Source: Candidatus Latescibacterota bacterium (lineage in GTDB: Bacteria; Latescibacterota; CBDEFO01). From it: 64,000 nucleotides of DNA. The DNA lies in NCBI GenBank assembly GCA_965248755.1, contig OZ252149.1:4256001-4320000 (forward strand), written 5' to 3'. Below the pieces are notes generated by a model. That model saw only the letters and a program-made list of their open reading frames with translations, was not told where the DNA came from and searched no databases. Below, in pieces: positions 1 through 10,591 of this stretch (within the stretch, counting starts at the first letter, position 1; every line of letters begins with the position of its first letter). The translations under genes and the position numbers were made by a program.

Positions 1-122
1 GGGGTTAACAATGCTCCAGCCCCTAAAGCAGCAGCACTCATCTTATGGATAAATTCTCGACGGGTGAGTTCTGTGGCCTTCGTTGACTGCAATCTATGAT
101 TAGAAGATCGAATAGACTTCAT
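1..122 (-). CDS. 5' part of a Tat-exported protein (runs off the window start)
   Basis: Manual translation from ATG at 122 gives MKSIRSSNHRLQSTKATELTRREFIHKMSAAALGAGALLTP, with a TRREF twin-arginine motif and a hydrophobic h-region. Purine-rich RBS (GAAAGGG) upstream. Not in the ORF track. Confidence 0.75.
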   Translation of the reverse strand, partial: MKSIRSSNHRLQSTKATELTRREFIHKMSAAALGAGALLT

Positions 123-334
123 ATCAGTACCCTTTCATTTGGGTTTATGTGATGACGGAACTAATGGACTTTAAGATACGAACAAGCAGGTCAAAGTCAA
201 TTCCTTTTTCACGGCGAATGACGACCATTATCGAGCGAACTGCGATTATTTGTATAACTTCATAATGCAAAGGATACTATCTGATTAAGATCAATTTCCT
301 TGTCTGTACGGATCCATCTGCTTTCGATCCATAC

Positions 335-1228
335 TTAGTTGGAGAAAGTTGACTTCATGCGGCCCCAGGTGTCAGCTTCGACCGATGTTGCAGGTACCCA
401 GATGCTGGAATCAAAGGGGGCCAGGAGATAGTCGACGCAGTTGTCGGCATGATTGTCCAATCTTGTGGCCCCGCTGTTCGTCCAGAAGCCGTTGTAGCCC
501 CCAACTTCGAGATCGTCATCGTCCATAACAGCAAAGCCTATTCCGATGATGGCCCCCTCTTCATAGGTATGTATTATGCTATCATCTACACTATTAAAAT
601 CTATATCGTCAAATCCCATGAAGTATGTCTCCACATTCAGCGTGCCCGGTCCACCAATTACACCAGCAAAGGTCCAGGTAAGGTCGGCATAAGGAGGCAA
701 TCCTGCCCATGCGGCCGCTCCCCAAAACCAGATGGGATTCTCTCTGTTCAGAAAATAGTGATAGTTTTGCGCCTGAGCTGAGTTGTACCTGTCGGGATCC
801 AGATCGAGATCTTGCATGACCTGGTACTGTCCTCCGCTGTGGTCAGCATCGATGACCCACTCGATCATCTCCCGAATGTCCACCCCTGCGAAGGAAAGAG
901 AGACATCGTCGTACCTATCTTCCATTGTATATATCAGGTTAGTCACCGGACTCCATCCTACGATTATCCGTTCGGCAAGGTTAGAGGAGTCCGGATCCCC
1001 CAGGCCTCTGACAGTCTCTATCAGATCGTCATGCGTCACCCAGAACTCTGAGGGAACGTTAGCCCACTCGCTTAGATCGCTGTCTACTTCAATGTTCTGG
1101 AACTCATCGGTGCCAATCGGCACCTGGACAGCAACGAAGTTCCTATCCGACCTCAAATGAGCAGAACCCGTACTTATAGCAAAAAGAACAAATCCCAGGG
1201 CTGTAAATATCGCAAATATTGTCTTCAT
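335..1228 (-). CDS. Secreted acidic protein, possible CBM9/DOMON-like domain, C-terminal TWGxxK motif
   Basis: Sec signal peptide, IEVDSDLSEW motif, C-terminus SVEADTWGRMKSTF, and AAAGGA RBS. Confidence 0.75.
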   Translation of the reverse strand: MKTIFAIFTALGFVLFAISTGSAHLRSDRNFVAVQVPIGTDEFQNIEVDSDLSEWANVPSEFWVTHDDLIETVRGLGDPDSSNLAERIIVGWSPVTNLIYTMEDRYDDVSLSFAGVDIREMIEWVIDADHSGGQYQVMQDLDLDPDRYNSAQAQNYHYFLNRENPIWFWGAAAWAGLPPYADLTWTFAGVIGGPGTLNVETYFMGFDDIDFNSVDDSIIHTYEEGAIIGIGFAVMDDDDLEVGGYNGFWTNSGATRLDNHADNCVDYLLAPFDSSIWVPATSVEADTWGRMKSTFSN

Positions 1229-1266
1229 GGCGCTATCCTTTCATTGTGAATAATTAGACTCCGAAA

Positions 1267-4200
1267 TTATTGTGTCCTTCCGAAGTTATCCAGAAAAAGG
1301 ACAAAGTCAGAAAGACCGATCTCTCCATTGCCGTCTAAATCAAATATAGAATTGGCTGAAGTGGTCGTTGTCCCGAACGCATCTAGAAACAGGACAAAGT
1401 CGGCAAGGCCTACTTCATTGTTCCCATCGAAATCTGCTGCAAGGTCTGGGGGAACAGCAGATATATCAGAGAGATTCAACAACACTGATACATTATCGCT
1501 GTTCCAATTAGCCACAGCCAGGTCATTTGTCTCATCGCCATCTAAATCTGAAATAAATACGGAATGGGGACCGTCTCCAGCATCAAAGTCCAGCTTATCT
1601 TCGAATGTCCCATCTCCTTTATTCAAGAATACTGACACATTATCGCTGAAAGAATTAGCGACAACCATGTCATTATCCTCATCACCATCTAAATCCGCGA
1701 TGAAAACTGAGCGGGGAAAACTTCCGGCGTCGTAGTCTATCTTAGGTGCAAATGTCCCATCGCCATGGTTCAACAACACAGATGCGTTGTCGTTGAAAAA
1801 ATTTGCCACAGCTATGTCATTATCTCCATCAGCATCTACATCCGAAACGAAAACGGATATGGGACCATTCCCAGTGGGATAGTCCACCTTGTCTGCAAAT
1901 GTCTCATCTCCATTATTCATCAGCACTGATACGTTGTGGCTGGACGTATTAGCTACAGTCAGATCATTATCTCCATCCCCATCGAGATCCGAAGCGAAAA
2001 TCGAATGAGGACCAGCGCCAGCGGCGTAGTCGCTCCTATCTGGAAATATTCCATCTCCTTTATTCAGCAACACTGACACACTATTGCTGAGCTGATTTGC
2101 CACAGCTAAATCATTATCTCCATCGCTATCTATATCCGAACTATAAACCGATATAGGACCATCACCGGCAGCATAATCTATCTTAGGCGCAAATGTGCCA
2201 TCGCCATTATTCAACAGTATTGATACATTGTCGCTGCTGAAATTAGCTACAGCTAAATCGTTATCCCCATCGCCATCTAAATCACCAATGAATACTGATT
2301 GAGGAACATCTCCAGCGGGATAGTCTATCTTGGGCGCAAACTTCCCGTCTCCATCATTAAGTAGCACAGAAACAATATCATTGCTCAGATTAGCTACAGC
2401 TAAATCGTTATCCCCATCGCCATCTAAATCTCCACTGAATACTGATTCCGGTTTTTCCCCGGTGGCGTAGTCAGTCGGAAGTCCGAAAAAGACAAAAGCA
2501 AACGCAAATCCATTCTCAAGTGTGTCTGCCTTACCGTCAGCATTTGCAACTATCACATCGACAGTACCGACAGGGTGTGCGGGAGGCAGAGCGGTAATTC
2601 TATTGCTGGCCACTACGACTACATCTATGGCTGCCATATCCCCGAAAGTGACAGTCGCTCCGATCCCGAAATTACTCCCCGTAATCGTCACAAGCGTACC
2701 GCCCGATTCTGAGCCGACACCGGGCCTGATAGATGTCACAACAAGAGGGGGAGGAACAATAAACTCAAAGGCGTTAAAGAGCGTGTCTGTCTGACCGTCT
2801 GGATATGTGAGTATCACATCCACAGTACCAACAGGATGACCGGGAGTCAGAGCGGTAATTCTATTGCTGGCCACTACGACTACATCTGTGGCTGCCATAT
2901 CCCCGAAAGTTACAGTCGCTCCGATCCGGAAATTACTCCCTGTTATCGTCACGGACGTACCGCCCAATTCTAGGCCGGAAGTGGGACTGATAGATGTTAC
3001 AACAGGAGGAGGAGGAACAATAAACTCAAATCCGTTAAAGAGTGTGTCTGTCTGACCGTCGGGATTTGTTACTATCACATCGACAGTACCGAGAGGATGA
3101 GCAGGAGTCACAGCCCTAATAGCAAGGGAGGATAGTACGGCTACGTCTATGCCTGCCATATCCCCGAAAGTAACGGTCGATCCGATCCGGAAAGTACTCC
3201 CTGTAATCGTCACAGGCGTACCGCCCGATTCTGAGCCGACACCGGGCCTGATAGATGTCACAACAAGAGGTCCAGTAAGGACAAACTCAAAGCCACTAAA
3301 GAGCGTATCTGCCTGACCGTCGGGATTTGTTACTATCACATCCACAATACCGAGAGGATGAGCAGGAGTCTTGGCAGTAATAATACCCAGAAGTCCTACA
3401 GCTACATTTGTGGCTGCCATATCGCCGAAAGTAAGAGTCGCTCCACTCTGGAAATTGCTCCCCGTTATCGTCACAGGCATACCGCCCAATTCCGTGCCAG
3501 AGGTAGGACTAATAGATGTCACAACTGGAGAAAGCGGCACATTAGACCGATTCAACAACACTGATACACCGTTGAGATGAGCCGTAACCAGGTCATTATC
3601 TCCATCCCCATCTAAATCTGCAATGAAGACTGATATGGAACCATCCCCAGCGGTGTAGTCCACCTTAGGTGCGAATGTACCATCTCCATTATTCAACAAC
3701 ACTGACACATTAGCGCTTTCCAAATTAGCCACAGCAAGGTCATTATCCCTATCACCATCTAAATCTGCAATGAAGACTGATATGGAACGATCCCCAGCGA
3801 TGTAGTCCACCTTAGGTGCAAATGTACCATCTCCATTGTTCAATAGCACTGACACAATACCGGGCCTGCTACTAAAGCCTCTCGCATTAGCCACAGCAAG
3901 GTCATTATCTCCATCTCCATCTAAATCCGCACTGAATACTGACCTGGGATCTTCCGTTGCGTGATAGTCCACCTTAGGTGCAAATGTACCATCCCCATTA
4001 TTCATCAACACTGATACAGTATTGCCGGGACGTCCACTAGCCACAGTCAAGTCATTATCTCCATCCCCATCTAAATCTGCACTGAAGACTGAATTGGAAC
4101 CAGACTCAGTGGTATAGTCCACTTTGTCTGCAAATGTCCCGTCTCCATTATTGAACAGTACTGATACAGTACCCACCACATTAGCCACAGCCAGATCATT

Positions 4201-4947
4201 ATCCCCATCCCCATCTAAATCAACACTGAAAACTGATTGGGGACTATCCCCAGCGGGATAGTCTACCCTAGGTGCAAATGTTCCATTTCCATTATTCATC
4301 AACACTGATATACTACCGATGTCAACAAATGAAAATAAAGCAGAATTAGCCACAGCCAGGTCATTATCCCCATCTCCATCTAAATCTGCACTGAATACTG
4401 AATTGGGAACACGCCCAGTGGGATAGTCCACTTTAGGTGCAAATGTACCATCTCCATTATTCATCAAGACTGATACAGTGCTGTCGGGGGTGGGGGTGAA
4501 ACCCCCGAAACCCCCATTGGCCACAGCCAGGTCATTATCTCCATCTCCATCTAAATCCACGCTGAATACTGACGAGGGTTTATGCCCAGCGGGATAGCTT
4601 GTCGGAAGTCCGAAAAGGGTAAAAAGAAACTCAAATCCATTCTTAAGTGTGTCTGCCTGACCGTCGGGATTTGTGACTATCACGTCCACAGTGTCAGCAG
4701 GATGAGCGGGACTCACAGCTCCAATAGCGAAGGAGAATTTACGGTTTACATCTGTGGCCGCACGATCTCCGAAAGTGACAGTCACTCCGCTTTGGAAATT
4801 GCTCCCTCTTATGCCCACAGCCGTGCGCACGAATTCCGGTCCGGAACTGGGAGTAATAGATGTAACGACAGGAGGTTCCTGTGCATAGGCAGTCGCATTC
4901 AAAGCGTACAGCAGTGCCAGCGCAGTGTAGAGTATGGTTAATTTCAT
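1267..4947 (-). CDS. Large secreted FG-GAP/VCBS repeat protein with IPT/TIG domains and C-terminal EF-hand/dockerin-like domain
   Basis: Signal peptide, then IPT, 7x DLDGDGDNDLAVAN, 4x IPT, 7x FG-GAP, and DFDGNNEVGLADFVLFLDAFG...DLDGNGEIGLSDF. Confidence 0.92.
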   Translation of the reverse strand: MKLTILYTALALLYALNATAYAQEPPVVTSITPSSGPEFVRTAVGIRGSNFQSGVTVTFGDRAATDVNRKFSFAIGAVSPAHPADTVDVIVTNPDGQADTLKNGFEFLFTLFGLPTSYPAGHKPSSVFSVDLDGDGDNDLAVANGGFGGFTPTPDSTVSVLMNNGDGTFAPKVDYPTGRVPNSVFSADLDGDGDNDLAVANSALFSFVDIGSISVLMNNGNGTFAPRVDYPAGDSPQSVFSVDLDGDGDNDLAVANVVGTVSVLFNNGDGTFADKVDYTTESGSNSVFSADLDGDGDNDLTVASGRPGNTVSVLMNNGDGTFAPKVDYHATEDPRSVFSADLDGDGDNDLAVANARGFSSRPGIVSVLLNNGDGTFAPKVDYIAGDRSISVFIADLDGDRDNDLAVANLESANVSVLLNNGDGTFAPKVDYTAGDGSISVFIADLDGDGDNDLVTAHLNGVSVLLNRSNVPLSPVVTSISPTSGTELGGMPVTITGSNFQSGATLTFGDMAATNVAVGLLGIITAKTPAHPLGIVDVIVTNPDGQADTLFSGFEFVLTGPLVVTSIRPGVGSESGGTPVTITGSTFRIGSTVTFGDMAGIDVAVLSSLAIRAVTPAHPLGTVDVIVTNPDGQTDTLFNGFEFIVPPPPVVTSISPTSGLELGGTSVTITGSNFRIGATVTFGDMAATDVVVVASNRITALTPGHPVGTVDVILTYPDGQTDTLFNAFEFIVPPPLVVTSIRPGVGSESGGTLVTITGSNFGIGATVTFGDMAAIDVVVVASNRITALPPAHPVGTVDVIVANADGKADTLENGFAFAFVFFGLPTDYATGEKPESVFSGDLDGDGDNDLAVANLSNDIVSVLLNDGDGKFAPKIDYPAGDVPQSVFIGDLDGDGDNDLAVANFSSDNVSILLNNGDGTFAPKIDYAAGDGPISVYSSDIDSDGDNDLAVANQLSNSVSVLLNKGDGIFPDRSDYAAGAGPHSIFASDLDGDGDNDLTVANTSSHNVSVLMNNGDETFADKVDYPTGNGPISVFVSDVDADGDNDIAVANFFNDNASVLLNHGDGTFAPKIDYDAGSFPRSVFIADLDGDEDNDMVVANSFSDNVSVFLNKGDGTFEDKLDFDAGDGPHSVFISDLDGDETNDLAVANWNSDNVSVLLNLSDISAVPPDLAADFDGNNEVGLADFVLFLDAFGTTTTSANSIFDLDGNGEIGLSDFVLFLDNFGRTQ

Positions 4948-5001
4948 TTTAGATCCCCCCTCAATTTTTGGTCGATCCGGTATAACTGCTCAGAAGCGGC
5001 T

Positions 5002-5193
5002 TCATAGAAAAGAAATTATAATATATGTAAGCAACGCTAACACCAAAAATCCGATCACGATTCTTATGACGAACGCTCCGATTTTCATCGCTATCCACAG
5101 AAGGACAAGGACTGCTATCGCGGCTATTATGATTTCTACTTGCGTGAGTTCGCCTGTGGAGAATCTTTCGACTATCGTATCGAGAAGCCCCAC
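5002..5193 (-). CDS. Small two-helix membrane protein
   Basis: 63 aa with two hydrophobic segments, AGGAGG RBS upstream of GTG, and co-oriented with the downstream gene. Confidence 0.6.
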   Translation of the reverse strand: MGLLDTIVERFSTGELTQVEIIIAAIAVLVLLWIAMKIGAFVIRIVIGFLVLALLTYIIISFL

Positions 5194-5329
5194 TTTGAAG
5201 GATCCTCCTTACTTTCTTATTGACTTTATCCCAAGGTATATCTATATTACTCCTTCGTTTCGGCAGAATATAATCAAGTTTCTTTTCAAAGTCAAGCGGA
5301 TTTAGTCAACGCAAAACAGTCGGGGAATT

Positions 5330-5773
5330 TTGATAAATGAAGCATCATCAACAGCAAACAACGTTAAGCTCCTCATCGCAGACGTGGATGAAGTCCCGAC
5401 CCCACGCAGCAAAGACGATACATTGTTGGTACTAAGGGCATGTAGGCCATGTACAGAAGAAATTCAACTCCAAGGACGGAAGTGGGATTTTATTTCTGAG
5501 AGAACTCGCAAAGCTCGAGGCTATGCTTTTCTCCCAGGATGGCACGCAAGTTATCTCAAAAAAAGCAGAATGGCTAAATATACGAGGGCTTCATCAGGGA
5601 GTGGAGCACAAAGTCTCGTATGAAGAAGGTCGGATTCTCGGTCGCAGTCCATGACGTTGTTACAGCCGTAAGACAGATCGTCCGCTATGTGACCTCGCGC
5701 TCGTGTAGCAGATGGAGCCTTCTGCGAGGTCTGTGAGATAATACTCAAAGCCAGAGGCGTAGGCCTAACGTGA
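5330..5773 (+). pseudogene. kdsC: Degraded KdsC (KDO-8-phosphate phosphatase, HAD/YrbI family)
   Basis: Fragments in different frames follow KdsC motif order: VKLLIADVD, KKFNSKDGSGI, MKKVGFSVAVHDVVTAVRQIVRYVT, DGAFCEVCEIILKARG. Confidence 0.75.
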
Positions 5774-5818
5774 GCATTGCTGGCATTTGATCGTAGTTCA
5801 CAGGAATCAGATCTAGAG

Positions 5819-6586
5819 ATGACAATTGGTTATGTAATAAAAGGTGCGCTTAAGAATCTGAGACATCATAAGATCGGGAAATGTAATATATGTGGCAACT
5901 TCACAGTCTTTATCTGCACAGACTTGATGACAGCGACCAACAACATGTACTGCCTTTTCTGCGTCAGCTCATCCCGGAAAAGACATGTTGCAAAAATGAT
6001 CATTGAAGAGGTTATTCAGGGTATCTCCTCTATCTCCAAGATTCCGAAAGGTAAGGATATCAAGATTTACAATACAGATGTAGGTGAATCATTTTATAGA
6101 GTGTTACATAAGCACGAGTCATATATTTGCTCCGGTCTGTTCCCTGATGTTGAACCGGGGACTCAGATTAGGAAGAGGGTATTTTGCCAAAACATAGAGA
6201 ATTTGACATTCCAGAACGATACTTTTGAGCTGGTAATAAGCGAAGATGTCTTTGAGCATGTAAGAGATCACGAAAAGGGATTTCGAGAGATTTGTCGTGT
6301 ATTGAAAGTCGGTGGTTATCATATTTTTACAGTTCCCTGCTATTTCGATAGACCTAGCATCGCTTATGTTGATACCTCTGGCGACGAGGATGTCCATATT
6401 CACCCACCGCGGTACCACGGTGATAAAATCCGGGGCAAGATACTGGCTTATAGGATGTTTGGGATCGATATTTACGATCTTCTCAAATCTATCGGCTTCG
6501 AAACGAAAGTGAATTTTCCCAGATATGTGGATCGAAAGTACGGGATTTTTGATAGTCATGTATTCATCTCTAAGAAATTGGGTTAG
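5819..6586 (+). CDS. Class I SAM-dependent methyltransferase with N-terminal Cys (Zn) motif
   Basis: CNICG...CLFC motif and FELVISEDVFEHV...RVLKVGGYHIF motifs. ATG at 5819 is preferred over the ORF-track start at 5777. Confidence 0.8.
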   Translation: MTIGYVIKGALKNLRHHKIGKCNICGNFTVFICTDLMTATNNMYCLFCVSSSRKRHVAKMIIEEVIQGISSISKIPKGKDIKIYNTDVGESFYRVLHKHESYICSGLFPDVEPGTQIRKRVFCQNIENLTFQNDTFELVISEDVFEHVRDHEKGFREICRVLKVGGYHIFTVPCYFDRPSIAYVDTSGDEDVHIHPPRYHGDKIRGKILAYRMFGIDIYDLLKSIGFETKVNFPRYVDRKYGIFDSHVFISKKLG

Positions 6587-6688
6587 CATCGCGTTCTAGC
6601 GATCTCTCTTGGAGTTGACTCAAATGACTTCGGGATTTTAGATAAACATGAACTGTAATTAAGCGGTTGTGATTTCAAGAGTGAACTT

Positions 6689-7558
6689 GTGATACTTCAG
6701 ATACTGATATCCATGCGGCCCAGGCAGTGGATTAAGAACTTCTTCGTACTGGCGGCCCTGGTCTTTTCAAAGAATCTCCTCGATACCGATTCCCTGTACA
6801 AGAGCCTTGAAGCCTTTGGACTTTTCTGTCTCATTTCAAGTTCTGTATATATAATCAACGACATCCTCGATCTGGAAAAGGATAAAAGACATCCTGAAAA
6901 AAGAAAAAGGCCCTTGGCCGCCGGGAAGATGAGCGTCCCGACAGCTTGGGCCGCGGCTGTCACAATGTTGTCCCTTTCCCTATTACTTTCCTTTTGGCTT
7001 AAAACATCTTTCGGAGCCGTAAGCTCTGTATACTTGGTGCTCAACCTTGCGTATTCTGTCTACCTTAAGCACATAGTTATCGTAGATGTTATGATGGTAG
7101 CCTTCGGATTTCTGCTGAGAGCTGTTGCAGGAGCTGTCGTCATAAATGTTGATATATCATCCTGGTTTATGCTGTGCACCGTGCTTTTGGCGCTCTTTTT
7201 AGGGTTCGTCAAGAGGAGACACGAGCTTGTTATCCTCAAGGAAGGCGCATCAGATCACAGAAAGTCGCTCGAAGAATACAGCTCCCTGTTCCTCGATCAG
7301 ATGATAGCCGTCGTCACCTCTGCCACTTTAATTTGCTACGCCCTCTACACCATGTCGCCTGAGGTCGTACGCAAACTCGGAACGGAGCGTCTGGACCTGA
7401 CCGTTCCCTTTGTCCTCTACGGAATCTTGAGATACCTATATCTGGCCTACGAAAAGAGCGAAGGTGGTAATCCCACTACGACCATCTTACACGATGGTCC
7501 GCTTCTGATAGACCTGGGACTCTGGCTCTTGACTTTGGTGCTTATCCTCTACACTTAG
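6689..7558 (+). CDS. UbiA-family prenyltransferase (decaprenyl-phosphate phosphoribosyltransferase-like)
   Basis: MRPRQWIKN, YIINDILDLEKDKRHPEKRKRPLAAG and KRRHEL motifs, with multiple transmembrane helices. Confidence 0.9.
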   Translation: MILQILISMRPRQWIKNFFVLAALVFSKNLLDTDSLYKSLEAFGLFCLISSSVYIINDILDLEKDKRHPEKRKRPLAAGKMSVPTAWAAAVTMLSLSLLLSFWLKTSFGAVSSVYLVLNLAYSVYLKHIVIVDVMMVAFGFLLRAVAGAVVINVDISSWFMLCTVLLALFLGFVKRRHELVILKEGASDHRKSLEEYSSLFLDQMIAVVTSATLICYALYTMSPEVVRKLGTERLDLTVPFVLYGILRYLYLAYEKSEGGNPTTTILHDGPLLIDLGLWLLTLVLILYT

Positions 7559-8938
7559 CAAGTAGCAGCATCTCTTCCCGAAAAGAAGTCAGGTTACTTT
7601 GTGTTCTTCGCGCCTTGACGCTATATCCTGTTCAACCTGGCGCGGTAGCAATGCCCACAGCGCCCGTGAGACCTGCATGACTTAGATACGTTTCGGATAA
7701 CCTCAGTATAACCGAAAGCCGATCAAAAGCCTCCAGACCTGATGCGTATTGTCCTCTTTGGGCCCTGCTCCCTTTTCAAATCTGCGAGAGAACTTGTACA
7801 CTTTCCCCTGAAGATGGAGGTAAAACCTGTCACCTTCCTTGCGGCGTTTTATGTCGACTCCGATGTAATCTAATCCTTCCTCCATCCTGTCTATGCCCTC
7901 GTCTCCCGAAAAAGGCACAAGTGCCTCAGCCCTTTCACGGTCGTATTCAAAACCCACCCTAATGTCATTCCAGATCTGATAAGTCGTCCTGAAGAAAGCG
8001 TCTCTTTCTTCATTCCTGAAGCCCTGCTCTTCTGTGCCTCTCCCGACGTGGTGTCCTACAATCCAATCCCTGTAGATATAGGGGAAGTTGCCAGCGACAT
8101 CCCCGCTGTGCGCATACCAGCCGTTCGGCGCCGAGATCCCTCTCCTCAAAAACCTACTTTCGACGACCTGAAATAGCCTTGCTAACTCTATCCTCAGATC
8201 CGCCCTTCCGTCCCTAAATAGGTCTCCAAGGTACGCACCTATCAAATAAGCACTATTGCGGCCCCAAGGTATTACCCTCCTTGCAAACCCCGGGTACCAC
8301 ACATCGTCTCCGGCTGTTAAACCATAGAGCTTAACGTAATCGTATAGATATACACTCCCCCCCACCTCAGCGATGGCATTGCCTCTTATATCCCCTGCTG
8401 TCTGATTAAGAATGCTCTCTATGGGGTTCTCCTTAATGACGCCCCCGACGCTTGCTCCTACAGCGATCTTGTTTAGACCGACATTCCCCATATCACATTC
8501 ATGAGGGATTGTATTTCGATACAATCTTGTTTGTGAATGAATATTACCACTTTTACATTTTTCAACAAGTATTTTTTTCAATTAATTATAGTATTTTCCT
8601 CTGAATTATCACTTTCTTTGTGTTTAAATCCTCCAAATCGGAGACACCTCTCCATCGACTCACAAAAAAATGTGGCAGTTTAAACAGAGTAATATCGCAA
8701 TCGTTCAATCCGGGATAATATTTCGGTAAATAAGCTCTTGTCTATCCCAACCTCAGCCATCTGAAACGTGATGTATCTGCTGTGCCTGACAAGCTTCGCG
8801 CCAATCTTGATCAATGTCACGAGGAGGCTGCCAAGAGACCCCGGGATAATATCAGTGTTTGATTCTCCCTGGAAGAACCAACCGCCTTAGCCCGATTAAT
8901 TCATAAACTTGCTGGAGTTATTGCGAGGAGCAAAGCGG

Positions 8939-8961
8939 TCCCCGATTGAGTCTATCGGGGA
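8939..8961. repeat. 23-bp micro-palindrome copy
   Basis: TCCCCGATTGAGTCTATCGGGGA. Confidence 0.9.
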
Positions 8962-9027
8962 AGCAATCTCAAGGTTTTATAGTGGTCTCCTATGAGAGTC
9001 GGAGAGTATTACATCTACCACAAGTAA

Positions 9028-9050
9028 CCCCCGATTAAATCTATCGGGGG
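9028..9050. repeat. 23-bp micro-palindrome copy
   Basis: CCCCCGATTAAATCTATCGGGGG. Confidence 0.85.
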
Positions 9051-10591
9051 GATTGCTTCGCCTTCGGCTTGCAATGACACCGAAGGTGGTTAAACGGCAT
9101 AACTATAATATAATACAATCCCTTAATTAATACACGGACTTTTTTTGTGAATTATTCGCCTCAGAAAGTTTCCAAGATTATAGGCCAGAAGAAATAACCA
9201 GAGCCTCACCTGATCCCTTTCTGAACCCACATAGCATTGATATCTGTCAGGTGATATCTGACAGGCTGTTGAGATTTTCCAACTGAGTCAGTATCTCCGT
9301 TTCAAAACGTCCTATCGTGTTGGCGCTGGCGGCGTGCTTGCCTTTGCCCTTCTTTCCGGTAATCGCTCGCATTACTGGGTCAACTGGTAAAGGATGAGCA
9401 TTATTCACAGCTTCATATCCTGCAAGACGACTGTAAATCGATTGACGCATCAGTGTGGGCATATCATGTTGGATATTAAGTCCTCTTCGTAGATCGTTAA
9501 AAAGACTAGATACTGAGTCGAATAATCCTAAAACGTCATCGAGGTCACGATACGCAAGAAGACCACCATCAGATGTCACCTTGGCACGATCAAATTCAAG
9601 CTTAATAGTTCCATCAAATCCCATATTCATCCTTTCACCCTCTGGATGATCAATACTTATCCGCCATTTCCGAGTCTTATTTATTGTAATCTAACATGTT
9701 CTGGTGACTTTGACAACCGTTTTTCGGGTCTAATATGAGGAATGGTGGTTAGATATGTCCACTGGAGCCTTGCGGTAATAAGGCTTACCTCATCTCCGGT
9801 TCGACTTTGAAGACCGTCGATAATAGAGGTGCTCCCGGACACTGGACCCAAACTATGTTCTATCTGAATGGACCTAAGAGGAGGAGCGTTGTCTGTCAAC
9901 ACAAAATTTCCATGGTAGCCCGGTCCCCACCATTGTCTGCTCTTCCCAAATAAAAAATCGGTCCTCAGAAACCTTACTTTAAGATAGACCTCGTCTAACT
10001 TTGCTACGGTTCTCTCGTCCTTTCCGAAAAGGTAAGGAGATGCAAAAAAGGCAGCATAAGGCGTAATACTTGCTCCTACATCTATTTTGGCCCCGATGCT
10101 GCCGCCCTTGGAAAAGTGATAAGGCTCAATATTATCCACATTTTTAACTGCCGCTCTGGTAGCTCCAAAGAGGGTTAACTCCCCCTTTATGTAAGGGATA
10201 AAAAGTTTTTTCCTTTTTCCCCGCTCTGCCTTTGCTATATCCTCCAATTCGAGTCGAAACTCGTGCTCAAGGTCTAAGACCCATCTTTCTACCTCCAAAG
10301 ACAATGCCGGCTTACTCTTTGACAGTCCATAAACTAAAAGAGCGGCCTCATAACGTCCGATGGGTTTGCTCTCGGACGGAGGACGCTCTAAAAGTCCCTT
10401 TGTGTTTAACCTTTCCAGGATACCGTACGCCCAGTGATGCAGGGGCAAAGCGACAGATGCTCTCCTTTCCTGGAACGGAGTCCACGTTCTACCTTGTGCC
10501 CAAACCTTACCGGCGTTAGCAGTACTGAGGTTCCCAAGCAGTATCGGAGAACTTTTTGGGGAAAAGAGGATTAGGGCAACATACGCACAAC

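Larger units (their letters stand above)
8918..9078. repeat. GTCATTGCGAG...GCAATCTC / GATTGCTTCG...GCAATGAC inverted repeat pair (REP-like family)
   Basis: Inverted arms at 8918-8970 and 9051-9078, related to 31733-31813. Contains two 23-bp micro-palindromes. Confidence 0.7.
8891..9159. mobile_element. Non-autonomous MITE-like insert inside the IS1380 transposase remnant
   Basis: Imperfect IR ends CCCGATTAATTCATAAA and TTTGTGAATTATTCGC, flanked by CTTAG/CTCAG (8886-8890, 9160-9164). It interrupts sequence that is contiguous in the IS1380 copy at ~58200. Confidence 0.65.
8478..9748 (-). mobile_element. Internally deleted IS1380-family element
   Basis: Imperfect terminal IRs CCGACATTCCCCATAT / CCACCATTCCTCATAT. 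5-bp TSD TTAGA at 8473-8477 and 9749-9753. Transposase N-terminus (VTSDGGLLAYRDLD, 9247-9630) and C-terminal fragments (QVRLWLF..YNLGNFLRR, LIKIGAKLVRHSRYITFQMAEV). Confidence 0.9.

Noticed and set aside
1480..4600. Regularly spaced near-identical DNA repeats resembling a CRISPR array or DGR template
   Set aside because: They are in-frame FG-GAP coding repeats of about 160-190 bp. No cas or reverse transcriptase gene is present and there are no unique spacers.
8478..8581. N-terminus of ORF 7703..8581 as a real protein start
   Set aside because: These codons lie inside the IS1380 end; the ORF is the distal half of wzi.
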